From assembly GCA_964643285.1 (NCBI GenBank), contig CAZXSP010000001.1, positions 1 through 48,768 of the forward strand: DNA of 48,768 bases, given 5' to 3'. The notes under the pieces were generated by a model. The model was not told the DNA's origin, did no database searches, and saw only the letters and a list, made by a program, of their open reading frames with translations. A program made the translations under genes and the position numbers. This document shows positions 9,192 through 20,543 of the stretch, piece after piece (the first letter of the stretch is position 1; the number at the start of each line of letters is the position of its first letter). Origin of the DNA: an uncultured Eubacteriales bacterium (lineage in GTDB: Bacteria > Bacillota > Sulfobacillia > Fermentithermobacillales > Fermentithermobacillaceae).

Positions 9192-9578
9192 CTATTCAAC
9201 AGTAATTTCAACATGAGTTGATGAATCATCATCCGTAACATCCACAATTTTACCGCGTAAACCGTAGCTTATGACCGACCTGAGTTCTTCCAAATCTACT
9301 CCCATGCTGTTTAAATCCACGCCGCCAAGAGAAGCGGCCCTGGGGCCAACTTTTAACGCCCAATCCACAATCATCATCGGAAGATTGACAGCTACCTTCG
9401 GTTTGCCCGTGGCGAGATCTGTCACTTTCACCCTAAACCATTTTGCCTTGTTGGCCTGAGTTTCTCGGATGTCCTTTTCAGGGGCCTCCTGCATTGCTTC
9501 CAACAGCTTGGTCGCCTCATCGACCGTCAGTTTGCCGTCTTTCAGCATATTGAGAACCCGAATTCTCTCCTCGTCCAC
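9192..9578 (-). CDS. small SHOCT-like-domain protein (third gene of the DUF2089/toastrack module)
   Basis: 128 aa. The N-terminus EERIRVLNMLKDGKLTVDEATKLLEAM is paralogous to the N-terminus of the upstream toastrack protein. There is a 14-nt gap to the upstream gene. Confidence 0.6.
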   Translation of the reverse strand: MDEERIRVLNMLKDGKLTVDEATKLLEAMQEAPEKDIRETQANKAKWFRVKVTDLATGKPKVAVNLPMMIVDWALKVGPRAASLGGVDLNSMGVDLEELRSVISYGLRGKIVDVTDDDSSTHVEITVE

Positions 9579-9592
9579 CAGTATCCACTCCT

Positions 9593-10675
9593 TTATACGG
9601 TAACGCTTATTCGTCCCACGACATTAGATATGTTGAGATACCCAACACCTGCCTTACCGTGGGAATCGGCAGTCTTGGCCTTGTACCTTTTCGTGCCGCT
9701 TTTTCGATTGCTTTCATCGAGCAAAACATCGTCGAACCCGGTTATTTCCATTTTCCCCACAAGCGTTGTAGCGTCTACTTCATAACCGGCGCCCTCAGTG
9801 CGTTTGATATTTGCCTGGATGCGGCCATTTGACGACCTTAGCTGCCACTCTCCCACTCCCGTCAAATTAGCTTCGATTCTGCCGTTGGCTGTGTTGGCGT
9901 TTAATTTTTGCGCTTTGCCATCGTACTCGATTCGCCCATTGGCCGTGTTGAGATCCGACGCGGAAAAATCGGCCCCGCTAACGCAAATTCGCCCGTTGGC
10001 AGTGGAAGCCCGCAGTCTGGGGCCACAGACGTTTTCAATCACGATGCGGCCGCTTTGGGAGGACAGGCATAAAGTGGCTTCCCTGTTCTTGGGAATACTG
10101 AGGACAAACCCCAGTGAGGGTGATTTCCACCAAAGATCTTTTGTCATTTCGCTCTTCGCGGAGATGACACAACCGTCGTGAACAAAGGAAAAAACGTCTT
10201 TTAGGTAGTCATTACTTTCGGTTTCTGAACTTATATTCAGTTTGGCTATGGCTTCAAGGCAAAAACCCGGCTGGTCCCAAGCTTGGACCTTGATTGCCCC
10301 ATTGGCAGAAGACAAAGTTACATCTAGTATTCCTTCTTCGGGCAACTCGCCTTTAAGCTCCTTACGAACGAGCCTGCCCGCGGAAGTTCCCGCCCTAAAA
10401 GAGTGACCGATAACTTTGGCTAACATATCGCCAAGTCCTGAAACACTGTGTCCCACAACTCGACTGCCTAAGCTGCGCTCCTTCTGCCACCCTTGCCCCG
10501 CCGGCGTTTCAAACCCGGCTTCAGGTGCAATATCAGCCTCAGCTTGACTGTAGGCAGCCGGCGTTGTGGCCGGCGGCGCTTGCGACACCGCACGCAAAAG
10601 GTCGTTACCCTGTTCAGGTGTAATCTTTCCGTCTGACACCATTTGAAGAATCAACATTTTTTCTTCCTTGGACAA
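9593..10675 (-). CDS. DUF4097 'toastrack' beta-solenoid protein with SHOCT-like N-terminal helix (YvlB/LiaG-like)
   Basis: 360 aa. N-terminus EEKMLILQMVSDGKITPEQGNDLLRAV, then a Pro/Ala linker, then repeated (S/T)xNG(R/A)I strands. Confidence 0.75.
   Translation of the reverse strand: MSKEEKMLILQMVSDGKITPEQGNDLLRAVSQAPPATTPAAYSQAEADIAPEAGFETPAGQGWQKERSLGSRVVGHSVSGLGDMLAKVIGHSFRAGTSAGRLVRKELKGELPEEGILDVTLSSANGAIKVQAWDQPGFCLEAIAKLNISSETESNDYLKDVFSFVHDGCVISAKSEMTKDLWWKSPSLGFVLSIPKNREATLCLSSQSGRIVIENVCGPRLRASTANGRICVSGADFSASDLNTANGRIEYDGKAQKLNANTANGRIEANLTGVGEWQLRSSNGRIQANIKRTEGAGYEVDATTLVGKMEITGFDDVLLDESNRKSGTKRYKAKTADSHGKAGVGYLNISNVVGRISVTV
9806..10060 (-). repeat. intragenic periodic repeat (~54-60 nt) encoding the SQSGRI/TANGRI/TANGRI/TANGRI/SSNGRI strand units of the toastrack domain
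   Basis: At the DNA level, ATTC(G/T)CC(C/G)(A/G)TTGGC recurs about every 55 nt. At the protein level, five xxNGRI units occur at residues 206-286. Confidence 0.6.
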
Positions 10676-10699
10676 CTGAAAACCCCCTTCGAGCGCGTT

Positions 10700-11101
10700 C
10701 TACCTTTCCGACAGACCTTTCAATTGCCTGGTTGCTTCTTGGGCGCTGATTTTGCCGCTGGCCAGCCTGTCAAGAATCTGTTTCCTTTCTCTCGCCACAA
10801 AGTCTTCGCGTGCCTCTTGCGACTCATCGGACAACGCCGAATATCCCAGCGCCTTTATGAGATTCTCCAACCTGCTCCTCACGGTGGGGTACGAGATACC
10901 CAGCTCTCTCTCAACTTCGCGGATGTTGCCCCTGTTTTTTATGAAGACTTCAGCGAAATCCCGCTGGTCTTGGGGCAGTTTACAAAATTTACACAACTCG
11001 AAACGGCCGGAAATCTTAGCTTGACAGTTTACGCACTGTAATTCAGTAACCATCAACTCCTCACCGCAGATAGGGCACCTTCCCACAACTTTGTTGGCCA
11101 T
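10700..11101 (-). CDS. DUF2089 family zinc-ribbon + HTH putative transcription regulator
   Basis: CPICGEELMVTELQCVNCQ...CKFCK zinc ribbon followed by an RGNIREVERELGISYPTVRSRLENL HTH. The ATG at 11101 is preferred: AGGAAGGTG is 6 nt upstream and lies downstream of the predicted promoter. The ORF track uses the GTG at 11110. Confidence 0.8.
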   Translation of the reverse strand: MANKVVGRCPICGEELMVTELQCVNCQAKISGRFELCKFCKLPQDQRDFAEVFIKNRGNIREVERELGISYPTVRSRLENLIKALGYSALSDESQEAREDFVARERKQILDRLASGKISAQEATRQLKGLSER

Positions 11102-11122
11102 TCCTTTCACCTTCCTGTTATC

Positions 11123-11151
11123 AATGTAGTGTATAGGTTAAATAAAGTCAA
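11123..11151 (-). promoter_or_regulatory. sigma-A-type promoter of the DUF2089 operon (TTGACT-17-TACATT)
   Basis: On the minus strand, TTGACT is at 11151-11146, followed by a 17-nt spacer and TACATT at 11128-11123. It lies in an AT-rich spacer about 20 nt upstream of the ATG at 11101. Confidence 0.5.
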
Positions 11152-11207
11152 TATGAATATAAATAAAATTAAGCACTGCTTTGCAAGATCTTTTTCGATG
11201 CAGTAAA

Positions 11208-13121
11208 TTACGAGTTTTGAAGATGAGATGCTATCTTCTTGGCTAAAGCCGGCCCAACACCCTGTGCGCGGGCAATTTCGGACAGTGAAGCCTTTTTGAT
11301 GGATTCAACGTCTCCGAAAACCGACAAGAGACTCTTAGCCTTCGCGGGGCCGATCCCGGGGATATCTGAAAGCACGGATTTCAGCGCCTTTTGTCCTCGG
11401 AGTTTTCGGTGGTACGTAAGGGCGAAACGGTGAGCTTCGTCCCGTAACCTCATTACCAGATAAAGCGCGCCCGAGTCTTTGGGGAGCACAAGCGGATCCG
11501 ACTCGCCGGGAACAAAAAGCTCCTCGTTTTTTTCTGCCAAGCCAACCAAAGGTATGTCGAGGCCCAGCTGGTCCAGAACTTTCTTGGCCGCGCTAACTTG
11601 GCCTTTTCCGCCATCCACCAATATCAAGTCGGGAAAAAGCGAAAACTTCCCGCCGCGGCCTGTAGTCTTCATTTCTTCCCGTTCCTGAAGTCCTTTTTTG
11701 AGTCTTCTCCAAAGCACTTCCTGCATCATGAGAAAGTCGTCGGGTTTGCCCTGAACCTTCATGCGAAACTTGCGATACTGGGTTTTATCAGGCCGCCCAT
11801 CGTTCAACACAACCATGGAGGCCACTGTTTCTTGCCCTGAAATATTGGAGATGTCATAGCCCTCTATCCTAATGGGCAGGCGGGCCATACCCAAGGCGTC
11901 GGCCAAATCCTGCATGGCGGCCAAGTTTTGTTGTTTTTCACGTTCCCTCTTGGGTACAATATCCGCCATCATTGTGGAAGCATTGTCGGAGGCCATTGTT
12001 ACCAGATCCTTCAGACGCCCTCTTTTGGGCACTATCAAACGAACCGCTCTATCCCGCTCTTGGTTCACCTTTCTTTGTTCCCTGAGGAAATCTTGAATCT
12101 CGATTTCCGACGCCAATCTTGTCGGCATAACGATTTGTGTGGGGATAAATGATGCCATGGAATAATATTGGGTTATAAACGCTTCCAGGATACCAGAATC
12201 TTCTTCCGCGCCGGTTCCGTTTAGTATGAACCCGTCTTTTCCCACGATTTTTCCTTCCCGCACCGGAAGCAGTACGACGAAAGCGTTCTCTGCGGTACGA
12301 GCCAACCCTAAAATATCCCTGTCTTTTAGGTCCGGCGACACGATTCGCTGCTTTTCGGTGATGTGGTCAAGGCTTTGAATCTGGTCCCTCAGCCTGGCCG
12401 CAACTTCAAATTCGAAATTCTCGGCAGCTTCCAGCATCCTTTTCTCAAGGCTGCCGCGGACCCTTCTGTGCCTGCCTTCCAGAAACTTGATAACCTCATC
12501 TATAGTCTTTCTGTAAGTAGCCTCATCAACTTTGTTGGTGCACGGCCCCAAGCAACGCCCAATGTGGTAATCCAGGCACGGCCTGGTAGTCTGGGCAAAC
12601 ACCCTGTCGGTACAGTTTCTGTAAGGAAATAACCTTCTTAAAATGATCAAGGTCTCCCTTACAGAACTTGATCTTGTGAAAGGCCCGAAATATCTGGCGC
12701 CGTCCCTTTGAACCCGCCGCACCACTGTCACTCTTGGCCACGCTTCTTTGAGCCCGACACGAATATAGGGATACTGTTTATCGTCTGTAAGAAGAATGTT
12801 GTACTTGGGCCTGTGCTTCTTTATGAGATTTAACTCCAAAATCAGAGCTTCGACCTCTGACTCTACGGTTATGGTTTCAAGGCCTGCCACTCTTTCCATT
12901 AGCGCTTCCGCTTTAGCCTCTAAATTGACGGAAAAATACGAGCGAAGTCTCTTTCGCAGGTTTTTGGCCTTTCCAACATACAAAACGTCTCCTCCGGGGC
13001 CCCGAAACACGTACACCCCGGGGAGTTCTGTGACATCCTTAGTCTTTTCGTCCAGGACGCTGCGGTCGCCTCTGAAGCCTATCCAAGCGCGCCCTTCGAT
13101 TTTGTTAGTCAGTTCCGCCAT
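11208..13121 (-). CDS. uvrC: excinuclease ABC subunit C
   Basis: GIY-YIG motif ([30 protein letters not shown]), UvrBC domain and C-terminal (HhH)2. The start is ATG 13121 or GTG 13130; both overlap the uvrA 3' end. Confidence 0.93.
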   Translation of the reverse strand: MAELTNKIEGRAWIGFRGDRSVLDEKTKDVTELPGVYVFRGPGGDVLYVGKAKNLRKRLRSYFSVNLEAKAEALMERVAGLETITVESEVEALILELNLIKKHRPKYNILLTDDKQYPYIRVGLKEAWPRVTVVRRVQRDGARYFGPFTRSSSVRETLIILRRLFPYRNCTDRVFAQTTRPCLDYHIGRCLGPCTNKVDEATYRKTIDEVIKFLEGRHRRVRGSLEKRMLEAAENFEFEVAARLRDQIQSLDHITEKQRIVSPDLKDRDILGLARTAENAFVVLLPVREGKIVGKDGFILNGTGAEEDSGILEAFITQYYSMASFIPTQIVMPTRLASEIEIQDFLREQRKVNQERDRAVRLIVPKRGRLKDLVTMASDNASTMMADIVPKREREKQQNLAAMQDLADALGMARLPIRIEGYDISNISGQETVASMVVLNDGRPDKTQYRKFRMKVQGKPDDFLMMQEVLWRRLKKGLQEREEMKTTGRGGKFSLFPDLILVDGGKGQVSAAKKVLDQLGLDIPLVGLAEKNEELFVPGESDPLVLPKDSGALYLVMRLRDEAHRFALTYHRKLRGQKALKSVLSDIPGIGPAKAKSLLSVFGDVESIKKASLSEIARAQGVGPALAKKIASHLQNS

Positions 13122-15969
13122 TTGCCACACCGTAAAGCACTTCCCCGGGCATCAAAATGCGCTTTAAAAACTGACCCGTAAAAGACCCCTGAACCGCGGC
13201 CACCTGTTCGGGAGTGCCCGTCGCGATAACGCGCCCTCCCCCCTCGCCGCCCTCGGGACCCAAATCGATGAGGAAATCGGCGCTTTTTATGACATCCGGA
13301 TTGTGTTCTATAACCACAACTGTGCTGCCTTGATCTACCAATCTTTGCAGCACCTCCAAAAGCCTGCGCGTGTCTTCGAAGTGAAGCCCGGTTGTGGGCT
13401 CGTCGAGAATGTACAAAGTTCTTTCATTGCCCCGCCGAGATAACTCTGTAGCCAGCTTGACCCTTTGGGCCTCGCCTCCCGACAAAGTGGTAGCCGGTTG
13501 ACCCAGCCGAATATAGCCCAGACCCACATCGTAAATGGTCTGCAGCTTCCTTGTGATAATGGGCACATTCTTGAAAAGTTCCAAGGCTTCGCTGACTGTC
13601 ATGTCCAACACTTCGGATATATTTTTGCCGTGGTAGCGCACTTCCAAAGTCTGGCTGTTATATCGTTTTCCCCCGCACACTTCGCACGGGACGTAAACAT
13701 CGGGCAAAAACTGCATTTCTATTCTGATGATGCCGTCGCCCCGGCATGCTTCGCATCTTCCGCCTCGAACGTTGAAGCTGAACCGCCCCGGCTTATAGCC
13801 GCGAATTTTCGCCTCGGTGGACATGGCGAAAACGCTTCTTATGTCGGTAAAAACCCCTGTGTAAGTTGCCGGGTTTGACCTGGGGGTTCGTCCGATAGGG
13901 CTTTGGTCGATGTTTATGACTTTGTCCAAATGCTCAGTACCCGTGATCTCGTCATGTTTTCCCGGCCTTTGCCGGGCGCCGCTTAAGACAGACGCAAGTT
14001 TGCGGTACAAAACATCGTTGACCAAGGTGCTTTTGCCCGAACCTGAAACCCCTGTAACACAAGTAAACACACCCACGGGAATATTTACATCGATGCTCTT
14101 TAAGTTGTGTTCCCTTACTCCCACAAGCTTAATCCACTTGTCGGTAGGCGGCCTTCTGTCAGGTATCTCAATTCGCTTGGTTCCGTTTAGATATTGGCCT
14201 GTAATCGATTGGGGATTCGATGTAATATCGGAAACCTTTCCCGATGCCACAATGTGACCGCCGTGTTCACCTGCTCCCGGCCCTACATCGATAACATAAT
14301 CTGCGTTTCTTATGGTGTCTTCATCGTGTTCCACCACTATGACAGTATTGCCGATGTCCCGAAGGTGGATAATGGTATCCAGTAGGCGTTTGTTATCTCT
14401 CGGGTGAAGCCCAACGCTGGGTTCATCCAAAACATATAATACGCCCACCAAACCCGACCCAATCTGCGTGGCAAGCCTAATCCTTTGAGCTTCACCCCCG
14501 GCCAGGGTCCCCGCTTGCCTCGTCAGGGTAAGATACCCCAACCCTACATCTGTAAGGAATTGTAATCTTGAACGAATCTGCTTTAACACTTGGTTTGCGA
14601 TGAGATATTCCCGATGGGATAGCTTTAGTCCGTCGAAGAACCCGGTAATCGCGTGTATTGACATGCTTGTGACTTCATGTATATTTTTGCCGCCGATCGT
14701 AACTGCCAAAGCCTCGGGCTTGAGCCTCGCCCCTTTGCAAGACGGGCAGGGCCTGGCTTCCATGAATTCTTCGATGTACTGACGCACTTCATCGCTAGCG
14801 GCGCTTTCATGCCGTCTCTGCAAATTCCGCACTACGCCTTCAAATACTATAAGCCGGTCGCTGCGCCTTCCGTATTGATTCTCGTATTGAAACGGCACGC
14901 GTTCGTTGGGAACCCCGTACAAAATCTTATCCATTTGGCCTTTTGCCAAAGTACCCACCGGGGCATCGGTGGGAATGCCAAAATGTTTGGCGACAGAATC
15001 CAGAAGCTGTGCGTAGTATCCGTTTGGTGTGCCGCCCCAAGGAGCCACGGCCCCTTCCGCGATGGACTTATTTTTGTCAGGAATGATCAGCTCAGGTTCC
15101 AGTTCAAGATTCATACCCAAACCGTTGCAGGCCGGGCAAGCGCCGAAAGGATTGTTGAACGAAAATAGCCTGGGCTCCAGTTCGGGAAAACTGACCCCGC
15201 AATCGGGGCAAGCCAAAGACAGGCTGAAGACAAGGTCTTCCTGGTCTTGCACTTGTACTATGATGAGATCCCCCGATAATTGAATGGCTGCCTCAACCGA
15301 GTCTACAAGACGGCTTCTGATGCCGGGACGAGCGACAAGACGGTCTACCACGGCTTCGATGGTGTGCTTCTTCTGCTTCTCCAAACGCCGCCCCAAATAC
15401 TCGGAGAGCTCGCCCACAGTGCCGTCAACACGGACCCTTATATAGCCCGCCCGTTGGATATCGCTGAAAACTTTCTCGTACTCGCCTTTTCGCCCTCTTA
15501 CCAGTGGCGCCAATATAGAAAAGCGCGTGCCTTCGGGCAAAGCTTCTATTTGATCGGCTATTTGATCTACAGTCTGCTTTGCGATGGGTTTCCCGCAAAC
15601 CGGGCAATGGGGATGCCCCACCCTTGCGTACAAAAGACGCATATAGTCGTAAATCTCTGTTACCGTGCCCACCGTTGAACGCGGGTTCCTCGAACCGGAT
15701 TTCTGATCGATGGAAATGGCGGGCGAAAGCCCCTCGATGTAGTCGACGTCAGGCTTATCCATAAGCCCGAGAAATTGACGGGCATAAGCTGACAAAGATT
15801 CGACGTAGCGCCTTTGGCCTTCCGCGTATATGGTATCGAAAGCGAGTGAGCTCTTGCCGGAGCCTGAAAGCCCCGTTATAACCGTCAGCTTGTCCCTGGG
15901 GATTTCGACGTTTACCCCTTTGAGGTTATGCTGACGCGCCCCTCTTATGATGATCTTATCTTTTGGCAT
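13105..15969 (-). CDS. uvrA: excinuclease ABC subunit A
   Basis: From the ATG at 15969 the protein reads [17 protein letters not shown]. It has two ABC modules ([20 protein letters not shown]) and zinc-finger Cys clusters. The 16-codon extension in the ORF track is not conserved-looking. Confidence 0.97.
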   Translation of the reverse strand: MPKDKIIIRGARQHNLKGVNVEIPRDKLTVITGLSGSGKSSLAFDTIYAEGQRRYVESLSAYARQFLGLMDKPDVDYIEGLSPAISIDQKSGSRNPRSTVGTVTEIYDYMRLLYARVGHPHCPVCGKPIAKQTVDQIADQIEALPEGTRFSILAPLVRGRKGEYEKVFSDIQRAGYIRVRVDGTVGELSEYLGRRLEKQKKHTIEAVVDRLVARPGIRSRLVDSVEAAIQLSGDLIIVQVQDQEDLVFSLSLACPDCGVSFPELEPRLFSFNNPFGACPACNGLGMNLELEPELIIPDKNKSIAEGAVAPWGGTPNGYYAQLLDSVAKHFGIPTDAPVGTLAKGQMDKILYGVPNERVPFQYENQYGRRSDRLIVFEGVVRNLQRRHESAASDEVRQYIEEFMEARPCPSCKGARLKPEALAVTIGGKNIHEVTSMSIHAITGFFDGLKLSHREYLIANQVLKQIRSRLQFLTDVGLGYLTLTRQAGTLAGGEAQRIRLATQIGSGLVGVLYVLDEPSVGLHPRDNKRLLDTIIHLRDIGNTVIVVEHDEDTIRNADYVIDVGPGAGEHGGHIVASGKVSDITSNPQSITGQYLNGTKRIEIPDRRPPTDKWIKLVGVREHNLKSIDVNIPVGVFTCVTGVSGSGKSTLVNDVLYRKLASVLSGARQRPGKHDEITGTEHLDKVINIDQSPIGRTPRSNPATYTGVFTDIRSVFAMSTEAKIRGYKPGRFSFNVRGGRCEACRGDGIIRIEMQFLPDVYVPCEVCGGKRYNSQTLEVRYHGKNISEVLDMTVSEALELFKNVPIITRKLQTIYDVGLGYIRLGQPATTLSGGEAQRVKLATELSRRGNERTLYILDEPTTGLHFEDTRRLLEVLQRLVDQGSTVVVIEHNPDVIKSADFLIDLGPEGGEGGGRVIATGTPEQVAAVQGSFTGQFLKRILMPGEVLYGVANGGTD

Positions 15970-17974
15970 TAACCAAACCTCGCATGCCGGGAGTCCCCAG
16001 CTTATCTTCAAGTTCAAATATCATATCTCTCAAAAGGGCTGCCCTTTCAAATTCGAGATCCCTTGATGCTTGTTTCATTTCCTTTTTCATTTTCTCCACG
16101 AGCTTAGGTATGGATCTTTTGGGGATGCTTTTCAAGTCCTTATCTTGCCAATAGTATTCGCCTCGAGCATCCACCGGTTTTTGAATCTGAATAATATCGC
16201 GGATAGCCTTCTCTATAGTAGAGGGTATTATGCCATGCTCTTGGTTGTAAGCCTCTTGCTTCTTTCGGCGCCTTTCGGTTTCGGTGATAGCCGCATCCAT
16301 CGAACCCGTTATCCTGTCTGCATACATTATAACTTGCCCGTTTACGTTTCTGGCCGCCCTGCCGATGGTTTGAATGAGAGACGTTACAGATCGCAGATAT
16401 CCCTCTTTATCGGCATCCAAGATACACACTAAAGAGACTTCGGGTAAGTCCAACCCTTCTCTCAGCAGATTGATCCCCACAAGCACGTCGAAGGCGCCTA
16501 AGCGCAAATCCCTTACTATTTCCATCCTTTCGAGAGTTTGCACGTCCGAGTGCATGTAACGAACGCGGATCCCTATATCCCGCAAATAATCCGTAAGGTC
16601 TTCGGCCATGCGTTTCGTCAGCGTGGTTACCAGAACGCGCTCCTTTCGCGTCACCCGTGCCCGGATCTCCTTCACCAGGTCATCGATTTGACCTTTTGTG
16701 GGCCGAATGGAAAGCGGCGGATCCAATAACCCCGTGGGCCTTACAACCTGTTCTACGACCCTTTGGGTGTGACTTAACTCGTACGGACCCGGGGTGGCGG
16801 AAACATAAATCACCTGGCCCACTTTTTTTTCGAACTCGTCGAAGGCCAAGGGCCTGTTATCGTAAGCCGACGGCAGCCGGAACCCGAAATTGACTAAGGA
16901 ATCTTTTCTGGACCTGTCGCCCAAATGCATACCCCGTATTTGCGGGATGGTGACGTGTGACTCGTCTATTACCACCACAAGGTCTTTCGGGAAAAAATCT
17001 AATAAAGTGTAAGGCGGTTCGCCCTGATCCCTTCCCGTAAGGTGCCTTGAATAGTTCTCGATGCCGGCGCAATACCCAACTTCACGCATCATATCCAGGT
17101 CGTGGTGGGTTCTTTGCTCCAACCTGTATGCTTCCAGTATTTTTCCTTCATCCCGGAGAGATTTGAGCCTTTCTTTAAGCTCGGCTTCGATGGTTTCAAT
17201 AGCCTTGAGCATTTTGGTATCGGTGGTCACATAGTGTCTTGCGGGGAATATCCCCACATAGTTTTGTTCCGAGATAGCCTGGCCCGTCAGTACGTCAAAT
17301 TCCAGGATTCTCTCTATTTCTTGATCGAACATTTCAACCCTGATGGCTTTGTCTGTTGAGCTGGCGGGGTATATTTCAAGCACGTCACCCCGCACTCGAA
17401 AAGTGCCCCTTTGAAAATCTATATCATTTCTGGTGTATTGAATGTCTACCAAACGCCTCAGAATTTCTTGGCGGTCTCTTACCATACCCGGCCTCAAGGA
17501 AACCATCAGATTGTGATAGTCTTCGGGCGAGCCAAGGCCGTAAATGCAGGACACTGAGGCCACCACCAAGACATCTCTTCTTTCCAACAGCGCACTGGTG
17601 GCAGAATGGCGAAGTTTGTCTATTTCATCGTTTATGGTGGCATCTTTTTCGATATAGGTGTCAGATTGAACCACGTAAGCCTCGGGCTGGTAATAGTCGT
17701 AGTAGCTTACAAAGTATTCCACAGCGTTTTTGGGAAAGAAAGTCTTGAACTCTGACGCAAGCTGGGCCGCAAGAGTTTTATTATGGGAAATAACCAACAC
17801 GGGCCGGTTTATCCGTTCCACCACATTGGCTATTGTGAATGTTTTACCTGAACCTGTAACCCCCAAAAGCACCTGATGCTTTTCACCGGAATTGATGCCT
17901 TCTACCAGCGAATCGATGGCAGAAGGCTGGTCGCCTTGAGGAGTGTATTCCGAGATCAGTTTAAAGTCGCTCAA
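15956..17974 (-). CDS. uvrB: excinuclease ABC subunit B
   Basis: 672 aa with helicase motifs GVTGSGKT and DESH, and a C-terminal UVR domain ([11 protein letters not shown]). Uses a TTG start with GGAGG 7 nt upstream. Confidence 0.97.
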   Translation of the reverse strand: MSDFKLISEYTPQGDQPSAIDSLVEGINSGEKHQVLLGVTGSGKTFTIANVVERINRPVLVISHNKTLAAQLASEFKTFFPKNAVEYFVSYYDYYQPEAYVVQSDTYIEKDATINDEIDKLRHSATSALLERRDVLVVASVSCIYGLGSPEDYHNLMVSLRPGMVRDRQEILRRLVDIQYTRNDIDFQRGTFRVRGDVLEIYPASSTDKAIRVEMFDQEIERILEFDVLTGQAISEQNYVGIFPARHYVTTDTKMLKAIETIEAELKERLKSLRDEGKILEAYRLEQRTHHDLDMMREVGYCAGIENYSRHLTGRDQGEPPYTLLDFFPKDLVVVIDESHVTIPQIRGMHLGDRSRKDSLVNFGFRLPSAYDNRPLAFDEFEKKVGQVIYVSATPGPYELSHTQRVVEQVVRPTGLLDPPLSIRPTKGQIDDLVKEIRARVTRKERVLVTTLTKRMAEDLTDYLRDIGIRVRYMHSDVQTLERMEIVRDLRLGAFDVLVGINLLREGLDLPEVSLVCILDADKEGYLRSVTSLIQTIGRAARNVNGQVIMYADRITGSMDAAITETERRRKKQEAYNQEHGIIPSTIEKAIRDIIQIQKPVDARGEYYWQDKDLKSIPKRSIPKLVEKMKKEMKQASRDLEFERAALLRDMIFELEDKLGTPGMRGLVNAKR

Positions 17975-17994
17975 ATGTATACCTCCGCTCGATC

Positions 17995-18023
17995 ATTATA
18001 CAAATGAGCCGACACTATAGCAA
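17995..18023 (-). promoter_or_regulatory. sigma-A promoter upstream of uvrB (TTGCTA-17-TATAAT)
   Basis: On the minus strand, TTGCTA is at 18023-18018, followed by a 17-nt spacer and a perfect TATAAT at 18000-17995. It lies in the 63-nt spacer between the PDZ gene and uvrB. Confidence 0.55.
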
Positions 18024-18037
18024 ATGGATGTTTGCCG

Positions 18038-19279
18038 TCAGCGTTTGAGGTTTCGGATCCAGTTGATCAGAGGGCCGGGTGCGTCGGTACTTACAACAGG
18101 CCGATCTCCCAAATCCGGGGCAGTTACGATGCCCAAAGACTCGTGGGTCCTGCGTACAGTTATGTCCCTAATCTTTGCGTTCCTTTTTGAGGTTACCTCG
18201 AGCGTGACCGGGCCCGGTTCCATCAAAACATGGTTGAGCTCCTCGCGGGTTCTGACGGGAAGCCCTCCGGCTTTGAGCACAATATCGCCTCTTTGAAGGC
18301 CGGCGTGCTTTGCCGGGGTTCCGTCAAACACTTCCATGATCATCACACCGTTTGAAACCGCCCCGTAATAGGGAGACGGTTCAAATTCCTCCGCGGACCC
18401 CGTTTTGATGACCACCTCGTGGGCTATAGGCCCGAACAGCGCCGCCACCAACGAAAAAGCTTTCCACCTAGAAGCCACCACAGAGAAACCTAAGAGTAAC
18501 CCACTATAAATGAACAGGTTTTTAGCGGTATGTTTGGCCTTTTCCCGGGGTGTACGGGCCACACTCAAATCGCCATACCCCAAAGCAGCCACAATGGGCA
18601 TGGTGACGAAAACGGGCAGCCCGGGCCCCGCCACAGGCGAAGCGCTGATTAGGGGCCACCAGTCAGGCAGGTGAATAAGCCCTTGAAGGCTGGAAACATC
18701 CGGAACTTTCACAAGGTACAAAACTATGAGCGGGATAGGCCAGAACCGTTGAAGACTAAACCCCCCCGCTACCTTGCCGTTTTTTGTCTGTATATATAGA
18801 GGGGTGGCACAACCGCTGCCGCTTAGCCAAATGAGAAACGCCTCGGCGGCATGCAAGCAAGCTACCAAGGCCATAATGGCAGCCACGTTGATTTTGGGCC
18901 ATCCGAACAAAATATTGCTTACGCTTAATAACCCGCCCGCGTAGGAAAAACACAGAAACCGGGGATGGAAAAGAAAAAGCAAAAGGGCAGTAGGAAGCAG
19001 GTACCCTATGCCGCTGTCGCTTACGGTAACACCCACAACAACCAGCAAAACGCTGGCCAAAAGGCCGCCCACCAGCCCCAAGCCTATAGATACTATCGTC
19101 TGGTGAAACGCCTTGTTTTGGGACCTGCCGTACACCCGTTCCTCGATTGACTGCACACGCTTGTACTGCACGCCCACGAGACCCAATACCACCAAATACA
19201 AAACCGCAACTACAGGGTTTAGGAATATCGATGGATAAGATTTCAGAACAGAAACCACAAGATCTGCCAACGGTTTCAA
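18038..19279 (-). CDS. polytopic membrane protein with C-terminal PDZ domain (MinJ-like)
   Basis: 413 aa with multiple TM helices and a PDZ domain (GTPAKHAGLQRGDIVLKAGG). It occupies the same position (between ctp and uvrB) as B. subtilis minJ. Confidence 0.6.
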   Translation of the reverse strand: MKPLADLVVSVLKSYPSIFLNPVVAVLYLVVLGLVGVQYKRVQSIEERVYGRSQNKAFHQTIVSIGLGLVGGLLASVLLVVVGVTVSDSGIGYLLPTALLLFLFHPRFLCFSYAGGLLSVSNILFGWPKINVAAIMALVACLHAAEAFLIWLSGSGCATPLYIQTKNGKVAGGFSLQRFWPIPLIVLYLVKVPDVSSLQGLIHLPDWWPLISASPVAGPGLPVFVTMPIVAALGYGDLSVARTPREKAKHTAKNLFIYSGLLLGFSVVASRWKAFSLVAALFGPIAHEVVIKTGSAEEFEPSPYYGAVSNGVMIMEVFDGTPAKHAGLQRGDIVLKAGGLPVRTREELNHVLMEPGPVTLEVTSKRNAKIRDITVRRTHESLGIVTAPDLGDRPVVSTDAPGPLINWIRNLKR

Positions 19280-19293
19280 AAGCGTACCCCTTT

Positions 19294-20412
19294 CTACTGC
19301 CCGTCGGCCAAGGCTGTTGTTAACAACTCTATGGCTTTGGCTATTTGCTCTTCGTCGCCTTGAATCTCCACATCGGGCGTTAACCCTTCGCCGTGGATTT
19401 TCCTGCCCCCCGGCGTTAAGTACTCGGCGGTGGTAACCTTAACTACTGATTTATCCGGGAGGTAAAATATGCTCTGAACCAGTCCTTTGCCAAAAGTTTG
19501 AGTACCCACTAAAGTGCCCGCTTCGCGGTCTTGTATAGCCCCGGCCAATATTTCAGACGCGCTGGCAGTGCCGCCGTTTACCAAAACGACCAAGGGCATC
19601 CCGAGCCCTTCACCGCTGGTTGAGCTGACTTGTTCAGGTTTATCTTTGTAACGCAAGCTGACCACTGTACCCTTGGGAACAAATAGCTCCGCGATACCCA
19701 AGCATTGATCCACAAAACCTCCGCCGTTGTACCGCATATCAAGGATCACTGCCTTTACCCCTTGTGCGAGCAGGGTATCCAAGGCAGATTTTGTTTCCGA
19801 ATAAGAGTGTTCGTTAAAACTCATAAGCTGTATCAAGCCGATATGGTTTTCAAGCATTTGCGAGCTGACGGCGGGGACCATTATAGGCTTTCTTATGATT
19901 GTCGTTTCAAAAGTCTCGTTATCGCGCAATATCACCAAAGTGACGGGCGTATCCGCCGGGCCCCTGATCTTACTGGCTACGTCATCGCTATTCTTAACCG
20001 ATTCCCCGTCAACCTTTAAGATAACATCGTTTGCTTTAAGACCGGCTTTTTCCGCGGGGGTGCCTATCATAGGCTCGGCTATCCTGACCAAATCTTCCCT
20101 AACATCAATAGTTATGCCTATACCGGTGTACTCTCCCGATGTTCGAATGAGGTAGTCCTTCCATTCCTCGGCGTTCATGTAAACCGAATAAGGATCCCCC
20201 AACGAACCGACGGCGCCCTGAAAAGCGCCTTCAAAAGCTCCGTCCCGGTCTACAGGCTCATAAAACGTTCTATCTATAAGGTCTACAATACTCCAAACTT
20301 TACCTAACGGAGTCGCCCGGGACGCCCAATAAAGACTAAGGCCGCCCCCTAATAGGGCAGCCAGAACGGCAGTAGCCAAACAAGACGCCCATAGCCTTCT
20401 TTTGGATATCAT
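19294..20412 (-). CDS. S41 carboxy-terminal processing protease (CtpA/CtpB family)
   Basis: 372 aa with a signal anchor, a PDZ domain (GTPAEKAGLKANDVILKVDG) and an S41 core (LVNGGTASASEILAGA ... FGKG). Confidence 0.9.
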   Translation of the reverse strand: MISKRRLWASCLATAVLAALLGGGLSLYWASRATPLGKVWSIVDLIDRTFYEPVDRDGAFEGAFQGAVGSLGDPYSVYMNAEEWKDYLIRTSGEYTGIGITIDVREDLVRIAEPMIGTPAEKAGLKANDVILKVDGESVKNSDDVASKIRGPADTPVTLVILRDNETFETTIIRKPIMVPAVSSQMLENHIGLIQLMSFNEHSYSETKSALDTLLAQGVKAVILDMRYNGGGFVDQCLGIAELFVPKGTVVSLRYKDKPEQVSSTSGEGLGMPLVVLVNGGTASASEILAGAIQDREAGTLVGTQTFGKGLVQSIFYLPDKSVVKVTTAEYLTPGGRKIHGEGLTPDVEIQGDEEQIAKAIELLTTALADGQ

Positions 20413-20543
20413 AAATCGAAAGCCCCCTTTAGGGCATTCAAGGCAATTTGAAATAAGCCTTCTATGTTGTATTCAGTCTAGCATACAGGAATACCGCACA
20501 CCAAGAAGGGTACCCCTTATGCCCCGGGCCTATAGCTTCATTG

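Noticed and set aside
20505-20530. Short palindromes (AAGGGTACCCCTT, GCCCCGGGCC) after the M23 peptidase gene
   Set aside because: They have 5-bp stems without a U-tract and are not repeated elsewhere in the window. The evidence is insufficient to call a terminator or a repeat element.
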